From: Caecitellus pseudoparvulus
Lineage: Eukaryota > Protista > Bigyra: Bicosoecida
Reading direction: 5' to 3'
Length of the DNA: 64,000 bases
Assembly (NCBI GenBank): GCA_965644315.1
Contig: CBFFRQ010000029.1
Span: 124,001 to 188,000, forward strand
Shown here piece after piece: positions 34,519 to 45,146 of this stretch (the first letter of the stretch is position 1; the number at the start of each line of letters is the position of its first letter). The translations under genes and the position numbers were made by a program. The notes beneath the pieces are model-generated. The model saw only the letters and a list, made by a program, of their open reading frames with translations. It had not been told where the DNA came from and did no database searches.

Positions 34519-36001
34519 TTACATGAAGTCATCGTCATCCTCCACCTCGTAGCCACCCTCGATGAGCTCTGCGAGCTCCATGAAGTCCACCTTCCACCGC
34601 AGCAGGCCGCCAATGCCACCGAAGCCCTGCACGAATTGGGACCCCTCCTGGGACTTGTCTGAGACGAACTCCAGCTTGGTGCCGAAAGACTTGAAGTTCT
34701 GGGCCAGCCACTCCACCAGCGGCATCTTGTCTGCGACGTCCAGGTCCACACCAGTCTCAGGGTCCTGGAACAGCGCCCGCTCCTTCTCCTGATCCGGGCG
34801 GAAGTACTTCACGGTGATCTCCCCCGTGGCAGGGTTGCGCAGCTCGTACCGCTGGTCCTCCAAGTCTTCGTAGACGATGAGCGTCTCCACCGCAGACATG
34901 TCCAGCGCGTGCATGATGTCGCGCACGCCGAAGCAGTAGCAGCCCGTGTCACGGGCGATCTCATCGAAGAACTGCCCGACCAGCTTCTTCTCGGCGACAA
35001 ACTTGACGTTGGCAAGGGCCTCTGCCGACAGCTCGATGGCCTGGTTGAAGCCGTTCTCCCCACCGTACGACACGTCTACAACCTTGACGACAATGCCGGC
35101 CAGGCGGGGGTCGAAGAGATCTGACGTCTGCAGCTGGTTCTTGAACTCGGCGCTGCCGGCCAGGACGAGACCAGCCACATTGGGCTGGTCAGCAGAGATG
35201 AACGCGTTCACTGCGCTCTCAGCAACCTTGCGCACGTAGTTGTGACGCTTCTCCAGACGCAGACGCGCGAAACGCAGCGCTGACTGCCCACCGCGTCCGT
35301 GCTTCTTGGGCAGCTCCACGGAGAACTTGTGCACGACCTCGCGGTGGTTGCCGCACAGGGTGCCGAACAAGCAGCCGTTACCATCCATAACGATGAAGCC
35401 GAACTTCTTGTCGTCTTGCAGGAGGTCACCCAGGGGCTCCGTGTGGAAGCGACTGTCGCACAGGTACATGGAGGTGTTGATGGGCTTGAAAGGCTCGAAG
35501 TCGATGCTGAGCTTCTTCTCCTTGCCGTCCTCCGTCATGACTTCGCCGCAGTACACCACCAAGCCGTTGGGGGGGCACTTGCTGTACTGCTTCAGCCGGT
35601 GCTGAGCCGAGGTGATGGCAGACAGCACAGATTGCCTGCGTGGAGGCGGGCGGGGCGCAGCGTGCCTGGCCAGCTTGCGCCAGGCCGGCAGCAGAACAAA
35701 CCACGCACCTGGTGACGCGGGACTTGATGTTAGATGCCGTGCCATACTCATCCGTGAGCATTTTCGTGGTTTGTGAGATCTTCGTTGGGAGGCGGGAGCC
35801 TCAGTCAGCCGCTGCATGGCATTGGAGCGCGGCGTGGCAGGCGTGCGGAATGAGCAGGGGACTCACCTGCGTTCCTGGGGACAAGATCAATGAGATCATG
35901 CTGGTGCCGCTGCCCCGAGCCTTCTGCAGGCTGGCAATCAGCTTCTGGACCTTGAACCGCTCGATGGCGGCATCTTGGTCGTCGCCGCTGGCTGCTGCCA
36001 T
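34519..36001 (-). CDS. ERF1: Eukaryotic peptide chain release factor 1
   Basis: [63 protein letters not shown]. Introns at 35780-35866 and 35636-35708. Confidence 0.98.
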
Positions 36002-36252
36002 GGTTGAGGTGGGTGGTGGGCGTGCGGGGAGAGGCGTGCGCCGCAGCGTTGGAGGGTGCCGGGGGGTCGGCTAGGACTCGGCACTTGGAGGGCAGGAGCA
36101 AACTGTACTCCTGTGAACGTGTTTTGCATGCAGGCTGGCGAATGTGTGCAGCCCCTGCCCGCGCTGACCCCCCCTCCGCTCCCGCCTCGACTGCCAGGGA
36201 GGTCGTGTTGTTGCCTTGCGGATTTTGAGGCACGATTGAGGTGCTTGGCACG

Positions 36253-36949
36253 ATGTCGTCCACGACTGCTTCCGATGACGACAAGAAGCTGCAGCAGGTT
36301 GAAATCGAGAATCAGCCGGCTGTGCAGCGCTTCATCGGCGATGTGATGGCCGCTGTGAGTGTCAGGTGCAGGCAGCGCGGCAGCCAGCTGTCAAGCACGC
36401 ACCACTGGCTTGCCCCGCAGCGGCTGTGTGAGAAAGGCGCAGACATCAACATGAACGTCAGCAATTTGAAGCTGGCCTTGATGGCAGTTGCCTGTGCTGC
36501 GGCTGTGTTGACGCACTTCAACGGCATGGACTTCCCCGACAACCGCTGGGTCATCGGCGCTGCCATCGCTGCGTACGTGATCATCTCTGCCGTGCTGCAG
36601 CTTGTCTCGTGGCTGTGGGAGGAGGACACCATTTGCCGGACGCTCCCAGGCAAGGTAGGTGCTGTGCAGCTGCGCTTGCTCCGGCGCCTGCTGCTTATCC
36701 CCCCCCCATGGCGTTCTCCTGCAGACGGAAGGGTGGGGCGACATGCCAGCGTTGCATTTCACCATGAACATGGAAAGGGGCAGCACGGCCTTCAGCCTCC
36801 ACGTTCGGAATGAGAACGAGCAGGAGTTGGCAGAGCTGAAGGCTGACATGACCCAGTACTTCACCTCCAAAGGGCACTTTGCTCGCTCCGTCTTCCTGGC
36901 CGACTTTGACGATCTCGTCTCGCGAGGGCTCAGCAAGGCAAGGGACTGA
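36253..36949 (+). CDS. SPCS2: Signal peptidase complex subunit 2 (SPC25/SPCS2-like)
   Basis: Two TM helices flanking FPDNRWV (SNLKLALMAVACAAAVLTHF..MDFPDNRWVIGAAIAAYVIISAVLQ..W..EEDTI) and a C-terminal QYFTSKGHF. Introns at 36355-36420 and 36655-36724. Confidence 0.8.
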
Positions 36950-36959
36950 CTCCCACCCA

Positions 36960-38065
36960 TCACTTCCCCTGCCTCGCCCTGGAGCTTGCACGGGTGCGCT
37001 TCGTTCCTCGCCGACGTGGCACAGGCGGGCTGGGCGCTTCGGAAGGAGAGGCCGACCCCTCGTCACTGCTGTCGCCTCCGGACCCATCGCTGGAAGGGCT
37101 GCTGCTGGCGCCTTCCTGCACACCAGAGCCCACTACGTGGCCTGCGGCAGTGGCTTGCAGAAGGTCGAGCATTCCTTCGTCCGGCTTGACCGCTGTCCAC
37201 AGCTCGCCAATGCTCCGTGGGCCGAGTCGGAGCTTTCTGCGTGACGTGTCTTCGAACTGTGCAGCATGGTGGATGGGGGCGGAGGCAACGTGTGTCGTAC
37301 ACGGAGGGGCCAGCGACACAGTGCCTGCTGCAACACGCACGTGAATCCAACCAGCTTCTTGCGCCTGTGCCAGGAATGCCAGGCATGCCTCCAGCGACGA
37401 TGCATCCTTGCTTCGCCCATGGAGCTTGGCGGCTTCAGTGCACCAATCGCAAGCCTTGGCGGTGGTCATGCTTGCGCTTTCTTTCTTCGTGCGGCGCAGG
37501 TGCAAGTACACCCGCATGAGGACCATGTGCTGCCACGCAGTCCAGGCATGCCCATGCGCAGCCAGTCCGTCGGTGCGGGTGTTGGCCAAGAGAGCCACGC
37601 GGTCACCCTCCCAATCAATCACCTTGATACCGAAGCCGACAGGTGCCAGCTTGTCACCCAAGTGAGTAATGATATTGTTCAGTTCAGATGGGGCCGGGCC
37701 AGCCGCCAGCTCCCCTGTCGAATCTGCGCCGGAGGTTCAGACAACGTTGCACGCCAGGCCTCCGCTTGTTCGGGGGGGGGGGCAGCCACCCACCGATGAA
37801 CCTCCCCTTCTCATACAAGGCTTTGTAGACTGCGTGGACCTCATCCATGGGGCACACCTTTCGACTCTGATGTTCAAGCAAAGGGCGGGCCCCGTGTGGG
37901 AGCGGGGCGAAACGCAGGTCAAACGCAGGCACGCACGGCGATGAATTGGAACACGAAGTGATGTCCGGGAGTCAGCTTTCCACTTGGAATGACTCCACCC
38001 AGAGTTGCGCGGGTTTTGTCTTCCTGGTCACGCTTCGTTGCCTCCTTGCGCGCCCGCCTCGGCAT
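36960..38065 (-). CDS. SMC5/6 complex subunit NSE1-like (tandem winged helix, no RING visible)
   Basis: Spliced frame HHFVFQFIASRKVC...LNNIITHLGDKLAPVGFGIK...LLANTRTDGLAAHG..W...AGWI...LRLGPRSIGEL matches the Nse1 WH-A/WH-B pattern. Introns at 37867-37936, 37724-37793 and 37257-37340. Confidence 0.65.
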
Positions 38066-38461
38066 CTTTGCCGCGGAGGAGCGCAGGCGCCTTTGAACGG
38101 TGGCTTCAGTCTGCGCCGGCGCAGGGCCGGCTGTCGGAGCGTGGTGCAAGGGGCCGATACCAACGAACCAGCTGATGCACGTGGCATGGCAAATTAAACG
38201 AAGTCACTGCCGTGCATTCCTCAATTTGTGCACGTGCAGCGTTTGACGCAGCTGCTGTCCTCATTTGTGCACAGCCAGATTCTCCAACGCCAGCAGCCTG
38301 AGTCTCGTTCGGTACAGCTCGCGGCCAGAGGGCAGGAAACGCCAAGTCCAGTCCCTACTTTCTGCAAGTGCCCGAGCCACTGCAGACTGGGTGGGCAGAG
38401 TGTCCTCCTGTGACCTGGGCGCTGTGTCCTTGCAGTTGTCGCCGTGCGGGATTTGACAACC

Positions 38462-40405
38462 ATGGCATGGGCCGACATGTCCAGCCCGCGCCAGCTCGTG
38501 TCCAAGCATGCAGTGCTGCATGGGCGCTACAAAGTGATTTCAACAGTTGGAAAAGGGGGCTTTGGTACGGTTTTTCGTGCCGTGAGTCACGTAGGCGGCT
38601 GCTGGTGTGCGCCTGCCATCCGTGCTCAAGCTCTGTGGCACGCTCGTCTCGCACAGGAGGACCTGCAAGCTGGCGCCCACGTGGCAGTGAAACAATTTGC
38701 GCTGCCTGACTTCAACCATGGGCTACAAGGTGGCACAGTCCAGGAACTGCGAGCTCTGGCTTGTGTCCAGCACCCGAACGTCGTCTCACTCCGCGATACC
38801 TTCAGCCATGCCGGTTGCTTGTACGCTGTGATGGAGCTCGGGTCGCTGACCCTATCGGAGGCACTGGACATTGTGCTGGCTGTGGCAGCACAGGATCGCA
38901 AGCCGTGTGCAGCTCTGACCATTCCCGTCCTGCGCGGCATTTTTCGGCAGGTGGCAGATGGGCTGGCAGCAGTGCATGGCGCCGACATAGCCCATCGTGA
39001 CATCAAGCCAGAGAACATCGTGCTCTTCAAGGACGGCCGTGTTGCCCTGGTGGACTTTGGCATGGCGACCTTTGATGCAGGCCGCGACCAAGGGGGCTCC
39101 CTTTCCTTCTGCCTCCACCGCCCGGCGACAGACCCGTCGGTGCGCAGCGGCGCACCTGCCACGGAAGGTTACTCCGTTCACCCAGCCTGCACAGGGGCAG
39201 CAGCGGCAGTGCCAGGAGGAGTCATAGTTGGCGGCCACGACGAGCACGACGTCCTGCTGCGAGATGCTGAGCACCAAGTGTACGCGCTGCCGTTTTGGCA
39301 GCTCGGCGAGGGGGTGGAGGTGCCATCCGACACTCCACCCGCCGCCCCCTGCCACAGAGCCCACACCAAGGTGGTGAGGAAGCTCCCCCCTGCGGGGATG
39401 ACAGCACAGGGTGACGAAGCGGGCGCTGGCCTTGATACACAGGCCATTGGCTTGTCAGCGTGCTTGTTTGCAACACGGAACCCGCAAGTCACCAGCCAGT
39501 GGTATCGAGCTCCCGAGCTCATGTTCGCAGCGCCATCCCACTCGGTTGACGTGGATACCTGGTCGCTAGGGTGTGTGGGATGTGAGCTTGCGCTGGCGCG
39601 GGGAGTTCCACCTCCCGCGCCCGCCTCAGCGGCTGGCCCCATCCCCCGTGTCAAGCCAGTGCCGCTGTTCGGAGGCAAGTCTGACCTAGACTGCCTGAGC
39701 CGCATAGTGGACGTGCTAGGTGCAGTTGACACAGCGGCATGGCAGGAGGTTCGGGCCTTCTCTGGATTCTTGGGCGCTGAGCCTGAAGTGGAGGGAGGCC
39801 GCGGCCTGGCCGCCGAGTTGCCTGCAGACACACCGGCGCCGCTCACGGCTCTGCTCGCTAGCTGCTTGACATTTAAACCGTCAGGCAGACCAGAGATGCA
39901 GCACATCCAACGCAGTGGCTGGCTGACTGGGGAGGATTTGCAGAGCGATGCAGTGGCTGTGGCAGGCTTCGTCTCGTGGGCGCTGACTGTGCAGCCCCAG
40001 CTGTCCAAGCACGTCACGCTGGAGGACACGCTGCCCAGCACGCCAGCATCACATGGTAGCAGCCACACTGGGCACGGGCTATCGAGTGGCACCCACGGAG
40101 CCCTCGCCAAGAGCTTGTTTGGCGCAGGGGCCGCGGGAGACACGCCCCCCCCGCCTTCCCCGAGCCATGGCAGCGCCAGCAAGGGGCTGAGTCGCACCCT
40201 CTTCGCAGCGGCTTGCACTCCTGTGGCAGCTACAGGTCGTACCACAGCCTCCACGGCACAATCGGCTCGCAGCACGGGCATGACTGTGCGGCAGCGTGCG
40301 CTGGCAGCAGAGGGCTGCGCTCCCGTCGCGCCCATGCCGGCGCTCGGTGAGCTGGGCAGCACCCCCTCCCCAGTCGGCGGGCACAAACGTGCTCGAGGGG
40401 ACTGA
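38462..40405 (+). CDS. CDK-related Ser/Thr kinase (CDK7/CDK20/CDKF-like) with large activation-segment insertion
   Basis: GKGGFGTV, VAVK, HPNVVSL, HRDIKPEN, DFG, WYRAPELMF, DTWSLGC, PLFGGKSDLDCL. In-frame intron 38582-38656. The start could alternatively be 38477. Confidence 0.85.
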   Translation: MAWADMSSPRQLVSKHAVLHGRYKVISTVGKGGFGTVFRAVSHVGGCWCAPAIRAQALWHARLAQEDLQAGAHVAVKQFALPDFNHGLQGGTVQELRALACVQHPNVVSLRDTFSHAGCLYAVMELGSLTLSEALDIVLAVAAQDRKPCAALTIPVLRGIFRQVADGLAAVHGADIAHRDIKPENIVLFKDGRVALVDFGMATFDAGRDQGGSLSFCLHRPATDPSVRSGAPATEGYSVHPACTGAAAAVPGGVIVGGHDEHDVLLRDAEHQVYALPFWQLGEGVEVPSDTPPAAPCHRAHTKVVRKLPPAGMTAQGDEAGAGLDTQAIGLSACLFATRNPQVTSQWYRAPELMFAAPSHSVDVDTWSLGCVGCELALARGVPPPAPASAAGPIPRVKPVPLFGGKSDLDCLSRIVDVLGAVDTAAWQEVRAFSGFLGAEPEVEGGRGLAAELPADTPAPLTALLASCLTFKPSGRPEMQHIQRSGWLTGEDLQSDAVAVAGFVSWALTVQPQLSKHVTLEDTLPSTPASHGSSHTGHGLSSGTHGALAKSLFGAGAAGDTPPPPSPSHGSASKGLSRTLFAAACTPVAATGRTTASTAQSARSTGMTVRQRALAAEGCAPVAPMPALGELGSTPSPVGGHKRARGD

Positions 40406-40457
40406 TCAGCAGGCTCCGCTGCTCAGTGCGCCAAGACCCACAGGGGGACTAGGAAGG

Positions 40458-40465
40458 AATGCATT
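40458..40465. terminator. Palindromic AATGCATT: candidate shared 3'-end signal of the CDK-like and kinesin genes
   Basis: Perfect palindrome in the 67-nt gap between convergent stops, reading AATGCA on both strands. Function is inferred. Confidence 0.55.
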
Positions 40466-40472
40466 GGTGGCC

Positions 40473-43400
40473 TCACTCACTGCGTGCAGCGCGTGTGGTT
40501 CGCGTGACGCGGCGGGCTGGTGCCGCCTTGGTGCCGCGCCGTGCAGGTCCACCGGCAGACGCCGCCGATACAGGCCGGCCAGTCTTGGAGCTGTAGATGG
40601 TGGACGTTGACGGCCGGCTCGTCGTGGTGCTCTTGATGCCCACAGACTTGAAGGCTGCCCCCATCTTTGCGTACCGCGACTCGCGGGGAGCCTTCGTGCG
40701 CCGGCGACCACCCGTGACGGTGTTGCTCACACTCTTCAACGGTGGTGCCGACTCAGTGGAGGGCGCCCTTTGTGCCCTCCCGCTTCGCGTCTCTGTCGCA
40801 TCCTTGCGCAGGATACCTGCCACTTTGGGGCTCTTGCCCAGCGCACTGCGCTTTGAGTAGTGAGGAGCCACACCTGCACGCCTGGCGGCAGCCTTGCGAC
40901 CAGGCGTCGTCGCATCCGTCGCGAGGCCGGCAGAGGTCCCGAACTTTACACGGGACGCGGTGGATGGCTGCGCCGGTGTGTCCTCCTGCTTCCCTGTGCT
41001 GCTTCTGGGCTTGCCTGGCTGTGCTGGGGGCGTCACAGGTGCGTCCATGCTCTCAAAGAACTCAGCAGCTGGCGTGTACTCATCCTCATCACTGTCGGCT
41101 TCAACGACACTGGCAGCAGGGGGTCCTGCGCGTCGCAGGCTGAAGGTGTCGTTCAAGGCTGCAAACGCCCCAGCATGCCCCTCCTCCTCCCCCTCGTCTT
41201 CATCTTCGTCGCGCTCAGCTTCGCTGGCGCTGTCACAATCGGAGATGAGCTCGTCTGCCGCAGGGCCAGCTTCTGCGTCATCATCCACGGCACGCAGCTT
41301 CTCAGGGGATGGTCCGCCGTGGGCTGCGTCCGGGATGGAACTTGGGTCTGCGCGGGGGCGCTTGGAACCACCGGTCTTGGTCGCGCCTTCGCCAAGCTCC
41401 ATCGATGCCCGCACAGCCTGCTGCAGGTCCTCAATGCCCCGCAGGGTCTCCTCCGCGCCGGCTGTGCTGCACAGAGAAGCAATCTCATCATCGGGGGCGG
41501 AGGCTTCAGCAGCGGCAGCTCGTGCCTCGGCCTCTGCCAGGGCTGCCCGCAGCTCCTTCACCTGCTTGGCGAGGGCCTTAACCTCCCCTGACGCCTCGGG
41601 GACAGGCGGCGCCCTCGCGGCCTTTGCTTTGGCAATGGCGGCGTCCTTCCGCTCCAAGGCAGCTTGCAGGCTCTTGTTCTCGGCAGCCAGTGCAGCTGCC
41701 TTCTTCTCCGCCGCGGCGGTGGCAGAGGCTGCGCGCTTGGCAGTCGTGCGGGCGCCGGCCTCAGCACGCTTCGTTGCCTCCTTCTCAGCCTTGGCGAGCG
41801 CCTCCTCAGCGCGCTTTGCACGCTTGGTAGCCTCCACGCGCCCCTTGCGCTCCTCTTTCAACGCCTTGTCGGCTGCTTCAAGCTTCGCGCGCCAGGTGGC
41901 CTCCACAGAGGCCGTCGCATCCGTCGCACGCTCAGCAGCTGCGGAAGCGGCCTTGGCCTCTGCCTTGGCTTTTGCTCCTGCTGATTTGAGGCTGGAAAGC
42001 ATGCTCTGCAGGCCTGCTGCCTGCTCAGAGGCCGCCTTTGCCTCAGCCTTGGCTCGTGACAGCGCCACTCGCATGCGGGAGGTGTCAGAGGAGTCGCCGT
42101 GCTTGCGGGCTTGGCCCTGCTCAACCTTGCGCACGCGAGTGGCAAAGTTCAGGGAGCACATGGTCTCACTCTTGCTCTCCTCAACAGGGGAGACCTGCAC
42201 GATCATGAGGGCCTTGTTGTCCTGGCCGAGGCTGTCTGCGAGCAGGTACGTCAGCTTGGAGTTGCGGAAGGGCACGTGCCCGCTCTTGTGCGTCAGGGCG
42301 CCGATGACATCTCCCAGGGCAGACAGGGACTTGTTGATGTTCTGGGCCTCCTTCATGCGCTGCCCCGTGGCGCCACTCTTGGACACCCGCTCGGAACCGG
42401 CGAGGTCCACCAGCACCAAGCGGCCGTGGTGCTGTGCACCCGTCACGCGGTTGGTGCCGTGAATGTTGATGAGCAGCAGGGAGTGGGAGCGGCTGCTGTG
42501 CTCGTTGGCGTCCGTGGCACCCACAGACCGGTTGCAGGCGCCCCGCTCCATGAGGGCAGCGACATCTTCTGAGCAGTGCACCGGCTCCACAACGGCGTCG
42601 GGCATGTAGTTGCCTGAGGGACCGGTGCGAATGTCCAAGTTCTTGGAGCTGGCCCCGGGGGCCACGAGCAGGTCTCGCACCTGCTCGTTGTAAATCTCCA
42701 CCATGCTGACAGTGAGGGAGAACGAGTGGCTGTCTGTGCGTGCGACCGTTTCCTCAAACAGCTGGGCCAGGGCACGAGAGTACACGCCGCGGCCCTCCTC
42801 GCTGTCCTGCCCCTGCATGGTGTGCGTCTTGCCACTGCCAGTCTGGCCGTAGGCAAAGATGCAGCAGTGGAAGCCGTCCAGGGCAGAGTGCACCATGGGG
42901 GACACTTCGTCGTACACCTCCTGCTGGGTGGAGGTGGCCCCGAACACCCGGTCAAACTCGAAGCGTTTGCCAGCAGGGGCGACGAGCTCCCCCGAGCCCG
43001 AGGCCGAAGCTTCCGGCAAGGGCGCGTCGGCGACGAGGATGGTGGTGTCCTCTTCAGCGGCGACGAGGGGCACAAGGCCCCGCCGTGTCTCCTTGGGCAG
43101 CACTGGGCGCACACGGCAGAAGACGCGGATGTTGCCGCGCAGCTCCTGCAGCTGATTGAAGACGCGGCGGCGCTCCTTGGACTCCCGCATGAAGCGCTTG
43201 TTGGCCAGCGCTGCCTCCCGGGCGACGGAGCCCACCCCCCGCAGCAGCATGCCGCCCAAGCGATCGAAGTCTGCCTTCGCTGCCGCCATGCTCTCGCTCA
43301 AGCTGCTCTTCATGCCTGTCAGCTCCTGGCGCACGGCAGTGATCTTGGTGTGGGCGGCCGGCACCCAGCGCATGGCGTGCTTCACGGCAGCCTCACGCTC

Positions 43401-44695
43401 CCGTGTGCTGTCCTCCAGTGCACGCAGCTTCCGCGCATGCTCGCTGCGCAGGTCTGACTGCTCCTGCCCTGCCTGCTGGATGCGCTCCTCGTACCCGTCC
43501 ACAGCCTCAGACAGGCTCTTGTTCTCAGCCTGCACCTTGGCCAGGGCAGTGGCTGCTTCTGCACGTGCCTCTCGCTCGGTCGCCAGCTCAGCGGTCAGCG
43601 TCGTCTGGGCCTCCCGCAGCTCACGACCCAAGGTCGTGTACTTTGCGTGCAGCGCCTCAAGCTCGGCATCCCGTGACTTCACGACGGCTGTAAGGCGGTC
43701 CAGCTCCTGCTCCAGGCTTGACGTGGAGACGCTGGTCTCATCAGCCGACTCCTTCGCGGCTGTCAGGCGCTGCTCCAGACCGTCGGCTCGGGCAACAGCC
43801 GCCGCCTTCGCCTTCTCTGCCACCTCAATGGCATCCTGGGCGCTAGCCAGCCGCTGCTCCAGGCCCAGAATCAGCTGGCGAGCTTGTGTGAGCTTCTGGC
43901 GGAGGTCCTTGGATGCGCCACGTGTGTTGGCAGCAGGACTGAAGAGCGCTGTGGTGGACTTGTACAGCTTGTTGAACGTGGCAGCCGCAGAGGCGGTGAT
44001 GGAGCCAGCGGGGGAGGCAAAACCTGGAATGGTGCTGGGGGTGCCTTGGACAGTGTCCATATTCACAACTTGCTTTGGTGTTGAGCGTGCTGCGACAGCG
44101 GGGGTCGGATGGCGGGAGGTTGTGACAGCTGTGTCAGGAGCGCAAGCGGAGCAAGCGTTGACGCACTGTCCACGCTGACACTGGGGTCCTTTTCGCGGAG
44201 GTTCTCGTGCATCCAGCGCAGGGCTGCAGCAAGTTTGACAGTGTTCTTCTCTTGGACCACGACGGCGTTGGGGATCATGTCCCCTGGCATGCCCAGCTCC
44301 TGGCAAGCCTGGCTAAACCTGCGGAAGCCGTTGCGGAAATTGTGCACACCTGGCTCTGGTGACACGTGCCTAGCCCTGGGCACCAGGGCGGGCGACTGCG
44401 GGGTGACCACGCACTCTATAAAGTTTTGTGCACGTGGAACCTTGTTTGGCGTCCGGCTGAGGGTGCGTCCATGAGACTTGCGGATGCCGTGGAGCTGTGC
44501 CAGGTGCCGCGCGGCGCGAAGGAGGACACTGCCGTCCTCCAAGCTCTGCACGAGCTCAGGCACGCTGGCCGCGTCAGCGATGCTCTCATCAGCCATGCTG
44601 ATGGAGAATGCACGCAGGGCTCGCAAGATGTCTTGGGAAGCCCCTTCACTGGACAGCAGCCCGGTTCTTCCCGGGGTAGTTGGCGCAGCTGCCAT
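40473..44695 (-). CDS. Kinesin-14 with N-terminal calponin-homology domain and internal motor (KCH-like architecture)
   Basis: CH-like ELVQSLEDGSVLL...AQNFIEFSQACQELGMP...EKNTVKLAAALRWM is joined by introns 44319-44414 and 44090-44166 to a coiled coil. Then come the kinesin-14 neck ERRRVFNQLQELRGNIRVFCRVRP, GQTGSGKT, NEHSSRSH, LVDLAGSE and HVPFRNSKLT, a second coiled coil and a basic tail. Confidence 0.9.
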
Positions 44696-45146
44696 GGCGG
44701 CCGTTGCACAGGAGTGATGAGCTGCTAGGGCTGTGGCGCGGGGGAGACCAAGGAAGGCAGCAGGCGTGAGCCAACACTGCAGCGTCCTGGAGAGGGAAAA
44801 GGCACTAAGTGCACGTGGTCGGGCATCCAAACAACCCTGCGAGTCGAATTTTGGGTGGATGGCACTCATGGCACCAGTTGAGTGCAATGCGCACGCCGAT
44901 GCACAATTGCAGTACAAATCGTTGCAGGGGCAGGGCGCGGGATAGCTCCCTACCCAGTACACGGGCTTTGTCGGCTCATGCTCCAGGCTGCCTTGCGTAC
45001 GGCTGGCCTGTCAGTCAACGTCGCTTGCCAAGTTCAGGCGAGGTTGCAGCGACCAAGCAAGCCGGAGCCCTTCGCGCCTTGCCGTGATCGAGGAGGTTCC
45101 GCGTGAGCACGGACGTTCAGAAGGCGACAAACAGTACACGCCTGGC

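Noticed and set aside
34519-36001. Possible stop-codon reassignment or altered eRF1 specificity
   Set aside because: The GTS, TASNIKS, YxCxxxF and GGQ motifs are intact, with only minor changes such as RVTR for RVNR. TAA, TAG and TGA all end genes in this window, and I saw no in-frame stops in conserved domains.
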